Source of the DNA: Lingula anatina
Lineage: Eukaryota; Animalia; Brachiopoda
Assembly: GCA_051362555.1 (NCBI GenBank)
Contig: CM120647.1
Coordinates: 15,600,651 to 15,664,650 of the forward strand
Direction: 5' to 3'
Length of the DNA stretch: 64,000 nt
Part shown: positions 37,722 through 50,984 of the stretch, in pieces
Numbering within the stretch: position 1 is the first letter of the stretch
Layout: each line of letters starts with the position of its first letter
Position numbers and translations under genes: made by a program
Notes under the pieces: generated by a model
Told to the model about the DNA's origin: nothing
Database searches by the model: none
The model's input: only the letters and a program-made list of their open reading frames with translations

Positions 37722-38947
37722 TGTGCTAATATCAAACTTCGCTGAGAGTTTTTTTAATAAACAGAGAATTCTATTCCAGTACGTAATCCCCTACTATTGC
37801 TTTACTTAGTATATCGTCCACCGTTGCTTCTCTCCTTGCAGTCGTTCTATTTCTTCCAGCTATCTCTGAAAAAGAAATTCAAAAGAATATGTGTCTATGA
37901 TCACCGACTACAGGGAATACTGGCTGCAGGCTCAGACGTTGCCACAGTATCAGAACCATAATGGCGTCCATCACATACAACAGCCTATTAAGTAATGTCA
38001 GCTACCCTTTTATTGTGATCTGATCGATCCTGAACCGCTCTCAGATCCGATATCCCTAAATCGACTTTACGTAATCGCCTATCAGAGATTAGCGGCCAAA
38101 ACAATGTCCCTTTGAAACGTTTGATTCTCTTTCTGACCTAGTTGGTTTTAACATTTTTGAGCCTCTTTCAGACCTAGTTGGTTAGTTGGTTTAAAACTCT
38201 CTTGTCTGAACAATCTCTGTGTCGGTGATGTGACAAAAATCAGAACACACGATAGAGAGGCAACGCGTTTAATATACTGTGATGTGGATACATTGTGCTT
38301 GCCCAAAGCTGATCGCACTTTTGAATTAATGAAAGTAGAACTATATGTACATACCTTGAAATAATAGAAATGTTGTCACATTAAACTGATAAAAGAAAAT
38401 ATCCAATTTCAGTTGACTCTGCTTGACCAAACACTGGACGAGATTAGACTGAGTGGACAACGTCAAAAGCAAATGGACCCTGGAGACTTATGCGATTGAG
38501 ATCGGGTTGCCATTGCTAACAGCATTTACAAAGTTGTGCTATGTAATACCGTCACACTTAACAGCATGGTTTGAAGGCGATGTAACAACGGGTAAATACA
38601 ATGTTAGAAAACACTTACCCGTACAAATTTCCTCTCCAGCTTCAGCGGCGAGTTATGACATCACTCGACATTCGTCGTGTGACGGTATGTAGTTATCTGA
38701 ACGCCAGAGACGCCTTTATTTTCATAAATATAATAGGCGGCTGAGAAGCTGTATTAATGACACGACGTTTACAGACGCTTAATAATTCATAAAAGAACGT
38801 TCAATTTTCATCGACGTTCTCAGTCATTAAAACCCAAGCCGATATTTCCAATTAATGGACCAGCGTAAAAGTGTTTACGTTAGTATCGATAAATAACACT
38901 GGAGTAAAGGTCACTGTTAAGTGATGCTAATTAGATATTACAGTTAC

Positions 38948-39018
<71 letters not shown>

Positions 39019-42000
39019 CTCGCTCGGCCAGAGTTACACTCAAAGTTCACTCAACAGAATGCTTGTATAAACTAGTTATAAAACTACATAGGTCACCGGG
39101 CACACATGACCCTGCCTAATCCATTTTTATTAACGACAGAAGTACAGTATTAGTCATATGAAAATTAATACACTGAAGCCCGGGGTGTTCTTTGTATTAT
39201 CCAAGCAGTGTTTGCGCAGGATCTATTTGTACCCGATCTACATTGTGCATGGTTTTAAGCAGCTTGGCAGGTCATTCCATTGTGACTTCGTACCTTAGAC
39301 TCTTACCAGAAATTAACCCCCTCCCCGTAATCTCATATCTAAACTGTTACGGGGCAACTATTTGACCAATTCAGTCAATAATACAGGCAGGTTGCAGCCA
39401 CTTAACTCGTGACTATGCCATTTAAGGCAAACAGTCATTATTTTTTTATTTTCATTTTGTCATTTTTCAGATCAACCTTTGACATTCACGGACCCCACCA
39501 CGTACCAACCTCATCCGTCATTTAAAACATGAGTCATTATTTTCGTGATATAAACAGGGGTGTTTTTTTACATAATTGGACTACTGTTGATTATCCTGAG
39601 TCAGAGAATACTTGGATTTCGGTCTACAAATTCAGACCAGGTTTCGAAATATAGCGCTTGTAAGAAGACGTCTACCTCCCACCCACACTACCTCATCGAA
39701 CACCCCCTCAAAGCCCCCCTACCCCTCCCCCACGCCCATTCACCCCCTATAACCCATCGTTCTCATTTTGGAGACGATGGCGCTATTATGACGGTGTAAA
39801 TAAAGTTAAACGTGCCGTCAAACTCGATGCCATTCAATTGCAATTTTGTGACTAGCTTGTTGAATAATAGTGCATCGGAAATGTATCGACCGAGAGAGAG
39901 AGAGCGAATGAGATAGAATAGGTGTCTATGTCACCACAATTAACATGTACAAACATTAAAATATTACATTAGGTGCTCTATTTTGCGCTTGTGTACGAAT
40001 CGACGACATTTTTGCTAACTGAATCGGGATATATCGTTTGAATCTTTACCTTAGAAAACCGTCTAAATAAATATTGAAATACCGCTTCGTTTAATTCCGA
40101 GTTTACATGATAATTAGCAACGGGTTGCCTTTACATCGATTATAATTAAACTGATATATTGTGGAAAAAATCACTGGCAATAAAAAAGAGTCCATTGTTG
40201 TCAAATACATGCCGCTTTGAAATCTTATCTGTTTTACCTTTGTTTGAAATGATCAATATATCGATTAAAAAAAAGCTCCATCAAAAAAGCGCTTTCAACA
40301 AATATTACAAATTGTCAAATACGCTAATAACCATGAAGAAATTGACTCATCAACTTCAAAGAAACTGGAACTAACTAATAGAGACCGTGATTGTTATAGC
40401 CTTGAGGCTTTGCAAACGGATGCGCATTGTAACAAAACGTGACGAAAAACAGGGATTGACAGTATTCATTTCTACAATCAGCTTTCTCGAATCAACACGC
40501 ACATTTATTGCGCTAATGAAACTCTTTATTCAACGACTATATTGAAAATAGAAAATGAAAATATTTTCCACTTAATTTTTGAACATTTGGAAACGGCGGG
40601 CCAAAGATTAATTTCATAAACCATAACCTGCTTGACCATTTGAATAATGGTTGGTTACATTCATTTTGCAGTGGACTCTTTTAGTCAACTGAACAAATTC
40701 AAATGTATATGAATTGTATGTTAACAATAAAACACACATTATCTTTGTTGTAGTAAGCGGTTAATTGAACTTCACACCGCAAAACATGTACTTGTACGTA
40801 TATCCAGGTATGTTCGTGTCGCATTACTCCCAAATTCAATGGACACCTCTTTATCTTCCCAGGTGGTAGGTGATCGGATGGTAATATGAGAAGACATGGA
40901 CAAATCTAAGGCATTGTTTTACCTTGGACAAATACATGTTTGCAACTCTTATCGGTGCCAACACATTCATCGTTATGAGGGGATGATGTCCGTACTGAAT
41001 AGCTGACGCAGATCAATCGCTTCCTTGCCTCCCATTTTACATGTAGATGATTTTAGACCGCTTAAAGTTACAGATGAAACGAGCGTAGAACCCGTTTAAC
41101 GCATATAACTCAAATAAGTCGACATGCCAAAAGACAAACCAAATTAATCACTCGGTCAGTAAAAAAACAAAAGCTGCAAAACTGCACCTTCTTCAAATTT
41201 CTGGTTGGAAGCTGGATCTATGAGCGCATTCAGAAGAGATAATCCGCGGCCTAACTGATACGCGAACTAAATGTTGCTGACCCCACTTCAATTGCGATGC
41301 CGCTAAACCCTGATGGTCACCCCGCCTCCACACGCGCCACTGAACGGATAAAATCTCGGTTTCGAGGTTTAATTGCAGGGCCCCTGCGGCGACAGCTAGT
41401 TTGGAGGTGGGGAGAAGGCGCTCATACATATGTCCGTCCCTCCAGTTTTTGTAAAAGTCCGCCAAATGACGTACATTTAGTAATTCATAACACAGAACTG
41501 CTGTATAGCTACAGTATATAGCACACACAGAAGACGGAAAAAAATCGGTTGAAATGCCGTTTTTTTATGTTTTTTAAGTATGAGACGATGTCCTTTGGAA
41601 TTTCTTTAAGATTTGCTACATGAAAATATATGATGGCATTTGGTCGGATATTGAGGCGAAGGTTTGGCATCTTATATATTACATTAACATACATGTACAG
41701 GGCTGGAAGTCGGATACATGTAACTTGCGTACATGTATTATGTCGATCAGACTGCAAAAAGGCATTCGCGGATATAAGAACAAAGATAACTCTTGCGAGT
41801 TTCTTCTTTCTAGTGGGTACATATTTCTCTACATAGTCCTAGTGGAAAGTCTTGAAATACATGTAAGTAAAGATTGACTATATTTAAATAAATACGGGCG
41901 GCTATAAAACACGAACTAAACACCTTATTCCCCGCGTTGTTTTGCTTAAAAACTAAATGTTTTCCTCAAAAAGCCGAAAGAATCGATGTTAGATCGGAGG

Positions 42001-43100
42001 TTTGTCCTATATCACCTCTTCGTATAAAAATCTCGGCACGGCAAACAGAGTTAAAAGAGCCAATCCCATTAGAAAACTGCTTTAAATTACAACTTGCTAA
42101 AGAATGGACCTCTTAGTTATCTGATCAATACCCATTACTGCTACAAGAGGACAAGTGTTTGTCATATTAGTTCCAATGCGATTTACTTAATTGCACTCAC
42201 CTGCTACCGATCTGGGTATTAAATAAACACCTGACCGGAAATACTGGTCGACCATCAGCGCCGGGTTTTACACAAATCAATATCAACGTACCTGGTATAG
42301 GGGTCAGTTTCACAAAAATAATGTAAGAGCGAGAGTTGGTTTCGAACTTTTAAACTTTAAACTGAAAGCCAGATAAAACGCCTGTCGCTTCTGTTTTATA
42401 ACAATTGGATTTTAACCACCGTTGAGAGCAAGAGTAGTAGACAAAAGCAACTTTATCCCTAGACTGCAGTCGACTGGAATAAAGGTCTGAAAATCGAGAC
42501 CAACTTTTGGTTTTACGGTTTATTGAAAAATCGACCCAGAGAAGCCTGAAAACCGGTATTACTACGGTATATTCGGGCCTATTCCCACGCCCTTGGATCA
42601 CCCATAAAGGAGTTCTCAGTATTTTACTAAGAGGGATAACAACTCTTTGTACAGTGTATGAGATCCATATTTCACAATAAATACGTTGTAAATAAGTCAT
42701 AAAAATATACCAAATTAATTTAAAAAAACGGAAATTTTCGGAAGACATGTTTCTTTTATCAAACTACCAGCATTAACATACGACAAAAGTATAAAACTGC
42801 AATTACTTCGCTATAGCGGACAGATATACTTTGGAGAATCCAAGCAATTTGTCAGCTGAGACGATTTTATTAAAGAGTGTATCGTTTTCCTCAAGTTGGA
42901 GCCAACTCATTGTTTGGAACAGCAAAAGCAAATCTGTTTTGGAAAAAATCTTTCTTGGTCACGTGAAACTCCGCTCAGCCAATCAATACCGAGGATATTG
43001 CTGGAAGCTATTTTTCTCTGTGGTTAGTTTGAGAGAAGCTGTCATACTTAGGCAACATTCACAGAAGTTACGTATACCGGCTTCCTTGTGACGGATGGCG

Positions 43101-46100
43101 TTAACATTTCAACCAATCATACTTTATAAGCTCTCTCTGTAAAGGTTTATTGCCTGAAACAATAAAATGCACGTTTTGTTAGTGAATATATCTGAAGAGA
43201 ACCACGTGTACACTGAAGTAATACAGCTTCTTACTACCAAAAAATGAGAGCGAAACTGAAATATCTTAAAGGTGTCAATTTCATTAAATATGAACACATA
43301 ACAAAACCAATCTTTCATTAATTATTACCTACACCCAGTATATACTTACCCATACAGCATACAAAGAAGCACTGCTTTAGCTCATAAGCAGGTTTTTGGC
43401 ACGTCTTGCCGCCATATTGGGGCGGCGGGCTGTTACATATCCTAATCCGCATTACGTGACACGTGGTCTGGTCACAGCTGGACCATCCTGTCCAGTGGCT
43501 CCACCCACCGTCAACTGGAAATGTATATAATAACATGTGTAATATAAAAGTTCCTCATGTACTTTCAATATAATAATTCTAGTTTCTTAGGGGCCATGCA
43601 CAATGAATTATGTCGACCTACAGCTAAGGAGCACTAGTACTACTAGAAACTCCAATGGAGGCTCTCGCTTAATGAAATAGGATTAACAGGCCTCTTGTCC
43701 CCAACGTACTTGTACAATTACCCGCTTTTTCTATATTCTATTCAACGCCGGGGGAGGTGTGTTAGTAAGTCTTTTAATCTGATTGTATACAGCAGAGTCC
43801 CCGTGGAGTTAGTGCGCCTTATCTAGGTCCAGGCCTAACCAACTACCAGACTCGGCACCTACGGACCCAGAATAAACCGGTATATCAGACCACACTACCC
43901 GTTTTCAAGGTGTGTGTCAGATCGCATTACAGAGTATCAGCCACCACACCGATTTTGTCTGGTGCGCGATGTGATAGCGATAATCGTAGTAATAGATAGA
44001 CCCCGAGTCAGCGAGGGTTATGTGGCATTCACGAGTGCGAAGCACGAGTGGATGTCACATAACCCTCGCTGACGAGGGATCTATCTTATTTAGACCACGG
44101 GTCCATTAGCGGGTTATAACGCATTCATGCGAGACGTGCGGTTATGCGAGTTACACCACGTCTGAATCTTTTGTTCTTCACTTCCACCGTGGTCTAAAGC
44201 GGGGTTGAAAAGTAGTGCATCTCATCTAGATTCATGCGCTGCTGCAATTTTCCCTGTTTATGCTAAAAATCTGACAATACCGCAATTTTTAACATAAACT
44301 TTAGGTTCGAACATAGCCAATGATGTTTTGTAAATAAGAACATGCAAACTTTTTCTACTTTTAGAAAAGTAGACCTAATTTTGATAGCGGAAGCATATTC
44401 TGTCGGGAGTTAAATATTTTCTGGACGAGATTCAGTGAGTCGTCTGTCGCCATGTTGTCACTCGGAACTACTCCGATGTCTCCGCATTCGACAATAGTAT
44501 GGAGCTTGCGGAATGAGCCGAGGATTGCCGATTTCCATGTTGTTGTATTCATACGACTCCTACTTGACGAAAACGAGGCGCGATACCCGGATGACAGGTA
44601 GGCTTACAAAATTTGTGATGGGGTATGATACTCTGTAATGTGATCTGACACACACCTTGAAAACGGGTAGTGTGGTCTGATATACCGGTTTATTCTGGAT
44701 CCGTAGGTGCCGAGTCTGGTAGTTGGGTAGGCCTGAGGTCGAAACAAATCATTTTGAACGGTCCCTTAGTGAACAGCTAGTGAAATACACTAGCTGATGC
44801 ATTTACAGTATTTAAGTAATATTTATTCTGCTTACTTCCCTGATTATTCCACCTTAACTTTATGAATAAAGCTGAGTGAAAATTCAGAAAAAAACATCAT
44901 TGTTTTCACTATTTTGTCGCAGTGGATAATTTCATGTATAGTGCAATATTGATAAACAGACAAAAGATGGTTAAGGGGTAGATACAGCAGAATCCATTCT
45001 ATGGAAAACGAATTATTTTTATATCCCTGTTTTCGTCAAAAGTAGAAATTGTGTATATTCTACAGCTTAAAAAGGCAAATTGGGAACTTGTCCTTAATAT
45101 GACAGTTCAATTGCTTACTTGGACATGGTTGTGTATTGCACGCTTCGGTTTCAGTATTGGCACCAGAATTCGATCCGGGGCAAATGGCTCCGCCGTTAGA
45201 TGGCGCTGGATTATTACACTCCCGAGTTCTCGTTCTCCGCCCTCCCCCACAGGTGGCGCTACATGAAGACCACGTGCAGCACCAATCTCCCCATTGGCCA
45301 TCCACTGTAATAATGCAAAAACTGTAATTGTATAATTTCATCAGACATTGTAAAAAAGTGTACGGTTTCCTTAATGGTAAGTTAGGCAAAATTGTTCTTA
45401 AACTTGGTAGTTGGATCATAGATGATAACTATTTATCACATGCTGAAGAGTATACAGTACGTGCATTATATGTAGTAGCATATATGTACATGCATTTCTA
45501 ATATTACTGGTACTAGTAATTTATTTCTACAAATGGCGGATATGTTTGCAAACTATAAAATAGAATTTAAAAAACATAACATACAATTAACAGAGATATC
45601 TGAAAAAAAAAACACTCACCCGGACAGGCCGGTAAGCCACAATCCCTTATTTCCGTAGTTTCGAATCCCTCGCAGAGTTTTCCGGAACCTGCTGGTGCGG
45701 GATTGCTACAAGTGCGGGATCGCATCTGGATGGCATTTCCGCAGGTTTTTGAGCACTTACTGTATTCAGTCCACTCACCCCACTTTCCGTCAACTAAAAT
45801 ATGTTGTTTATGGAGTTTTCTTAAAATATCCGTATGGGCGGCGGTTTATACAAAAATGCAAAACACGATTAGTCGTGATCGTTATCAGATCAGTCGAAAT
45901 GAAAACACGATTAGTCGTCGTCGTTCACAGATCAGAAGGCAAAATACGACTAGTAGTCATCAAAACGCAACTAGTCATCAAAACGCAACAAGTCATCAAA
46001 ACGCAACTAGTCATCATCAAAACGCAACTAGTCATCAAAACGCAACTAGTCATCATCAAAACGCAACTAGTCATCAAAACGCAACTTGTCATCAAAACGC

Positions 46101-49100
46101 GATTTGACGCCAGATGGCGCCCATTGTACGAAAATCTAGGCCAAGTCACATGATCCACAGTGATCAAAATGGCGGACGATATTGAAGCAGCATTATCATA
46201 TTCCTCGCTCGAACTCGAGAATTATCTCGAGTTCGAGATATTATTATATATATAATATCATTTTTAGATTGTACGCGTAGAGATAATTCTCGAGTTCGAG
46301 CGAGGAATATGATAATGCTGCTTCAATAACGTTCGCCATTTTGATCACTGTGGATCATGTGACTTGGCCTAGATTTTCGTACAATGGGCGCCATCTGGCG
46401 TCAAATTGCGTTTTGATGACAAGTTGCGTTTTGATGACAAGTTGCGTTTTGATGACTAGTTGCGTTTCGATGATGACAAGTTGCGTTTTGACGATGACAA
46501 GTTGCGTTTTGATGATGACTAGTTGCGTTTTGATGATGACTAGTTGCGTTTTGATGACTAGTTGCGTTTTGACGACTACTAGTCGTATTTTGCCTTCTGA
46601 TCTGATAACGACGACGACTAATCGTGTTTTCATTTCGACTGATCTGATAACGATGACGACTAATCGTGTTTTGCATTTTTGTATAAACCGCCGCCCATAT
46701 ATCCGTCCTTTTAATGAGGAATGTTAAATAACTGATGTCGTAACGCAGGTGGTAGTTGCATGGTGGTTATAACACACAAATTATAGGCTCGATAACATTA
46801 TTTACCTGGTACTGAGAAGATCCACACCTCTATACACCATTTATACATTATTTATATGACATACTGTATTAAATACTGTATTACTCGTGTGTAGTTTTGT
46901 TAGTCACTCGAATGGGTCTCGCAGTGTATTTGAAATAGCGTAATTAATGGCCCATGGCCATTCTCACCTGGACAGACCTCCCTGTTGCATTGCCGGACGT
47001 CCACTTTAGGGTCACAGCCTTTGTTGTAGCACCTCTGGACGCGCACGCGGGTCTGCACCCCTCCGCCACAAGAAACGTCGCACTCGGACCACTGTGACCA
47101 TTTCTCTCTGACTGAAAGACCTAGTGAAAAAATAGCTGTACTGAATATTAGGAGGACATCGGGCGGCAAGTCTTAAACTGACCCAGCCTGAAGCGGTGTG
47201 GCAGGAATGGAGAGGAGAGGAGGTCTTAGGTTTGATGCGGCTAATTAGCATACAGGCTACAGGGTTAGTCGGAAGTATTGGTCTCCGTATGTGGGACGAA
47301 CATCACCTGTATAAAGTAAGGGGGAAGGGATTTCGGTTTCTTACGGATTACAATTCTTTGCACACTGCTTCGTATTGAGAGATTGACAGCTAAGTCTGAC
47401 TATGACGTAAGAGAGAGTCACCTTAACGTAGCCTACGAGTTTAACACATTCAGTAAATTAATTTAACAGCAGGACGCAAACATATGGAGAACTTGTTGAT
47501 GGTGTTTAAAAAAGCTCGTAACGTAATCCTACTTTATTTTGGGAAAGGCTTAATTGCCCCTCCATTCATTCCGCATGCTTTTAGATGTACGGGTATATAC
47601 CTCCTCCCTATATAATATGTAATTGACTACCAGTAAACGATATCTGGTTGAATAAAGTGCTTAGTGTACATGAAAAAGTGTCATTTGTTGCAAAAGTAAT
47701 CAGTGCTCCCTTTCAAATCTTTACATTCTTACAGGTATGTCACAGCAATTAAAGAACCATGTTTCAGTCAGTGCTTCGGTTTCTGACAAAAGATACCAAG
47801 TTACATGTACGTGTGAAATAATACACATTTAACATTTGACACTTCTGATTTACCTTCAGAGGTAGATGGGGGCGTCGTAAGCTTTAAGACTTTTATAGAA
47901 GTTGGCGAAGATGTCGTTGAGGCAGCTGTCGAAAACATTTTGGTTGATGATGATGATGTTGTTGCACTTGTTTGTTTTGTTGTGGATGGCGTTGTAACTA
48001 TTGTTTTGGCTGTAGGGGTTGTTGAGGTCATGTGTATTGTAGTTGTAGGGGTTGTTGAGGTCATGTGTATTGTAGTTGTAGGGGTGGTAGAAGTCTTTTG
48101 TATTGTAGTTGTAGGGGTGGTAGAAGTCTTATGTATTGTAGTTGTAGGGGTGGTAGAAGTCTTATGTATTGTAGTTGTAGGGGTTGTTGAGGTCATATGT
48201 ATTGTAGTTGTAGGGGTAGTAGAAGTCATATGTGTTGTAATTGTAGGGGTAGTAGAAGTCATATGTATTGTAGTTGTAGGGGTTGTTGAAGTCATATGTA
48301 TTGTAGTTATAGGGTTTGTTGTAATCGTAGTGGGTGTAGTTGTCGTAGTGGGTGTTGTAGCTGTAGTAGTCGTAGTGGGTGTAGAAGTCGTAGTGGGTGT
48401 AGTAGTCGTAGTGGGTGTAGTAGTAGTTGTAGTAGTCGTACTGGGTGTAGTAGTTGTAGTGGGTGTAGTAGTCGTAGTGGGTGTAGAAGTCGTAGTGGGT
48501 GTAGTAGTCGTAGTGGGTGTAGTAGTCGTAGTGGGTGTAGTAGTCGTAGTGGGTGTAGTAGTCGTAGTGGGTGTAGTAGTAGTTGTAGTAGTCGTACTGG
48601 GTGTAGTAGTTGTAGTGGGTGTAGTAGTCGTAGTGGGTGTAGTAGTCGTAGTGGGTGTAGTAGTAGTTGTAGTAATCGTGCTGGGTGTAGAAGTTGTAGT
48701 GGGTGTAGTAGTTGTAGTGGGTGTAGTAGTAGTTGTAGTAGTAGTAGTTGTTGTTGTAGTAGTCGTAGTCGTAGTCGTAGTCGCTGCTACACATGCCCTT
48801 ACACCGATGGTGTCCACAATATCACTCAGCTTGCTGGTGTCTGCGGCCATAAATACATGTGCATCGGTATTTTGCGCTATTAGAAGCAGCTCGTCCTTGT
48901 CTATCATCGGTCCGGCACCTACAGCCATTGTTCGGATACCAGCATTCATAACAGTCGGCATTGCTTGCGCAACAGTTGTGGAGCCTAGAATTAAAACAAA
49001 TATCCAAGGAAAAATAATTCTGTATTGATCATCTAAGTATATTTGATTCGTTGATTATTTGATTGCTTATTCATTTGCTTCATGATAAAAAAACGTATAC

Positions 49101-50557
49101 GATTCAAATAGGTGCAGCTTTCGCCATGAACGAATGACATCTTGTACAGCATGCAGCATATATGCATGCATCTAACATCTGTCAAAAGCAAAACATATTT
49201 TTGTCTTTATAAGCATCTCCTCTCGGATCTAAAGATCACTTTATAGTCGAACAAATAAAAAAAAATTAAAAGTTTTCTTCACTTGACCAGACCATACGCA
49301 AACCTTACCTCTTCTCTTAGTACTCACGCCGTCCGTCAGAACCAAAATCAGCTTTTGTATCTCGAATCCCCTTCGTTTCTCTTCTCGTATCAGAAGATCG
49401 CGGCATCGAATAATGGCCTCCCCAGTTAACGTCTGCCCGCCAGTATGCCTCATGTTTCTCAGTCGGTAAAGGATGAACGGAATAGTCTGGCGGTCCGTAA
49501 ACCGTATGGGGAATTCGAACTTAGTCCCGAACGTAATGGCGGAGTAATGCACCCGGACGTTCTTGCCAAAACTGGCAATGGTTTCGACCAGAGTTATGAC
49601 GAAGTCTTGCTCGTTTTTCCATCCCGTTTTGCCGTTTGGGGTGACCTGGTTCAGAGAGCTGGAGGCATCGATAGCCAGGCATATGTCCACTGTGCAATCT
49701 GGAATTAAAAAATATTGTTTGCTTTTGTAAATGTCCTAAAGTCCTAAATAATTTGTTAACTCGATGTTATCACCTGCTCTTCAACTAAGGCCCTAATGGC
49801 AAGGTCGGATAGACCAATATCCTCCTTCTCCCGATCTTACTCTGTTTGACTAACATGCATTTTCTTTCAGATTTACAAGGGGCATGGGTGTAGGGGATTA
49901 TTTTAAAGTGGAGGCCATGCATATGATTCATTATTAAATCTAAAACTGGACTTGGATTTTTGCCTCACTGACGACGTTGCGTCTCCCCCTATGAGACATC
50001 TGCAAGTTTATTGAGGATACAGAGGAACTATGTAAGATGGGAAGCATGCAGTTTATTGTTTGGAATGTAATGGATTGTCACTAGTCCCGTTACTATTCAG
50101 ACACGCCTGCAGTGGTGCATGCTGCGAAATGGCCATTTCTAGTTCATTCACACGAAAAATTTAAGAGTGCAGCATCACTTTAATTGCGACACAATAATTT
50201 AGAAGTACGGACAGCTCCCTAAAGACTATGCTTGTCTCGCATAAGACCTAACCCAAAGTTAAAAGGCCTATTTTGTACAGGTCTGCGAGTTGATTGCAGT
50301 AGGACTTAGACCACTAAGTAAATAAAAAAAAAACGATATTTATTAAAACTGTAATGTTTGTTGCTCAAGACAGAACGGACTTTCTGATGACGAAGATCAT
50401 TCTGTACCTGTGTATGTATCCAAGTGGTATCCCACTATCTGTCATAATATATTTATCTAGCAAAGACACGAACTTTGGTAATCATGGTAATCATGGTAGA
50501 TATTTAGACTTATGTGTTTAGTGTGTGAGTTTAATTACCAGTTATTTTACAGCTGAG

Positions 50558-50636
<79 letters not shown>

Positions 50637-50984
50637 TTTTTTTCTTATACTGTTATCCTGTAATCACGAAATGGTCACAGACGCGGCATGGTACATGTAG
50701 TGGCTATACATAAGGACCAGTAGATTAATAGCATGTTGAGAAGAACTGGCATACACTGGCATCACTTCATAAGTCCACCAACAGAGCAAACAACATTCTA
50801 TATACTACAGTGTGTGAAGCATCTTGATAGCCATTAGTATTCGTTAGCAACCAACATTCATTAGCATATATTACTCACTGGAGAGCTTTGACCGCAGCAG
50901 TGCACTCTCGGCGGCCTGGGCTTCTACGCGAACCAACAAGACCGTGAACAGGAGGGAGAAAACGGTGAGACTCTTGGCAGCCAT
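43101..50984 (-). CDS. Secreted vWA - Thr/Pro mucin stalk - 4x TSP1 protein (paralog 1)
   Basis: Exons 50984-50879 (signal), 49698-49309 (vWA: DASSS, T, TDG MIDAS residues), 48984-47854 (vWA end plus mucin), TSP1 exons 47120-46968, 45793-45620, 45304-45119 and 43514-43350; all phase 1. The last exon 43153-43101 ([17 protein letters not shown]) is tentative. Confidence 0.85.
43830..44735. mobile_element. Non-autonomous element with ~110-bp TIRs and a 5-bp TSD
   Basis: CAGGCCTAACCAACTACCAGACTCGGCACCTACGG… is inverted at …CCGTAGGTGCCGAGTCTGGTAGTTGGGTAGGCCTG; AGGTC at 43825-43829 and 44736-44740. Confidence 0.88.
45834..46698. mobile_element. Foldback element (865 bp) with an 8-bp TSD
   Basis: Inverted arms 45834-46228 and 46280-46698 containing tandem 18/21-bp CATCAAAACGCAACTAGT(CAT) units; ATATCCGT at 45826-45833 and 46699-46706. 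Confidence 0.92.
48010..48782 (-). repeat. Coding tandem repeats of the mucin stalk
   Basis: 18-nt units (PTTTTT) at ~48320-48780 and nine 33-nt units TTTIH(M/K)TSTTP at ~48010-48310. Confidence 0.9.
50540..50634. repeat. (TA)n microsatellite (similar tracts at ~1573-1657, 7281-7330, 8627-8663, 18095-18152)
   Basis: Direct reading of the sequence. Confidence 0.95.

Noticed and set aside
45695-46727. Repetitive ORFs (KTQLVI, HQNATS, MTSCVL) and CRISPR-like periodicity
   Set aside because: These are tandem units without unique spacers inside a foldback element with a TSD. The context is eukaryotic and there are no cas genes.
47940-49028. Val-rich 362-aa ORF, Cys/Ser-rich ORF and Tyr/His/Asp-rich ORF (48162-48794)
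   Set aside because: Shadow frames of the Thr/Pro mucin repeat. Only the Thr frame is continuous with vWA and phase-compatible with the flanking exons.
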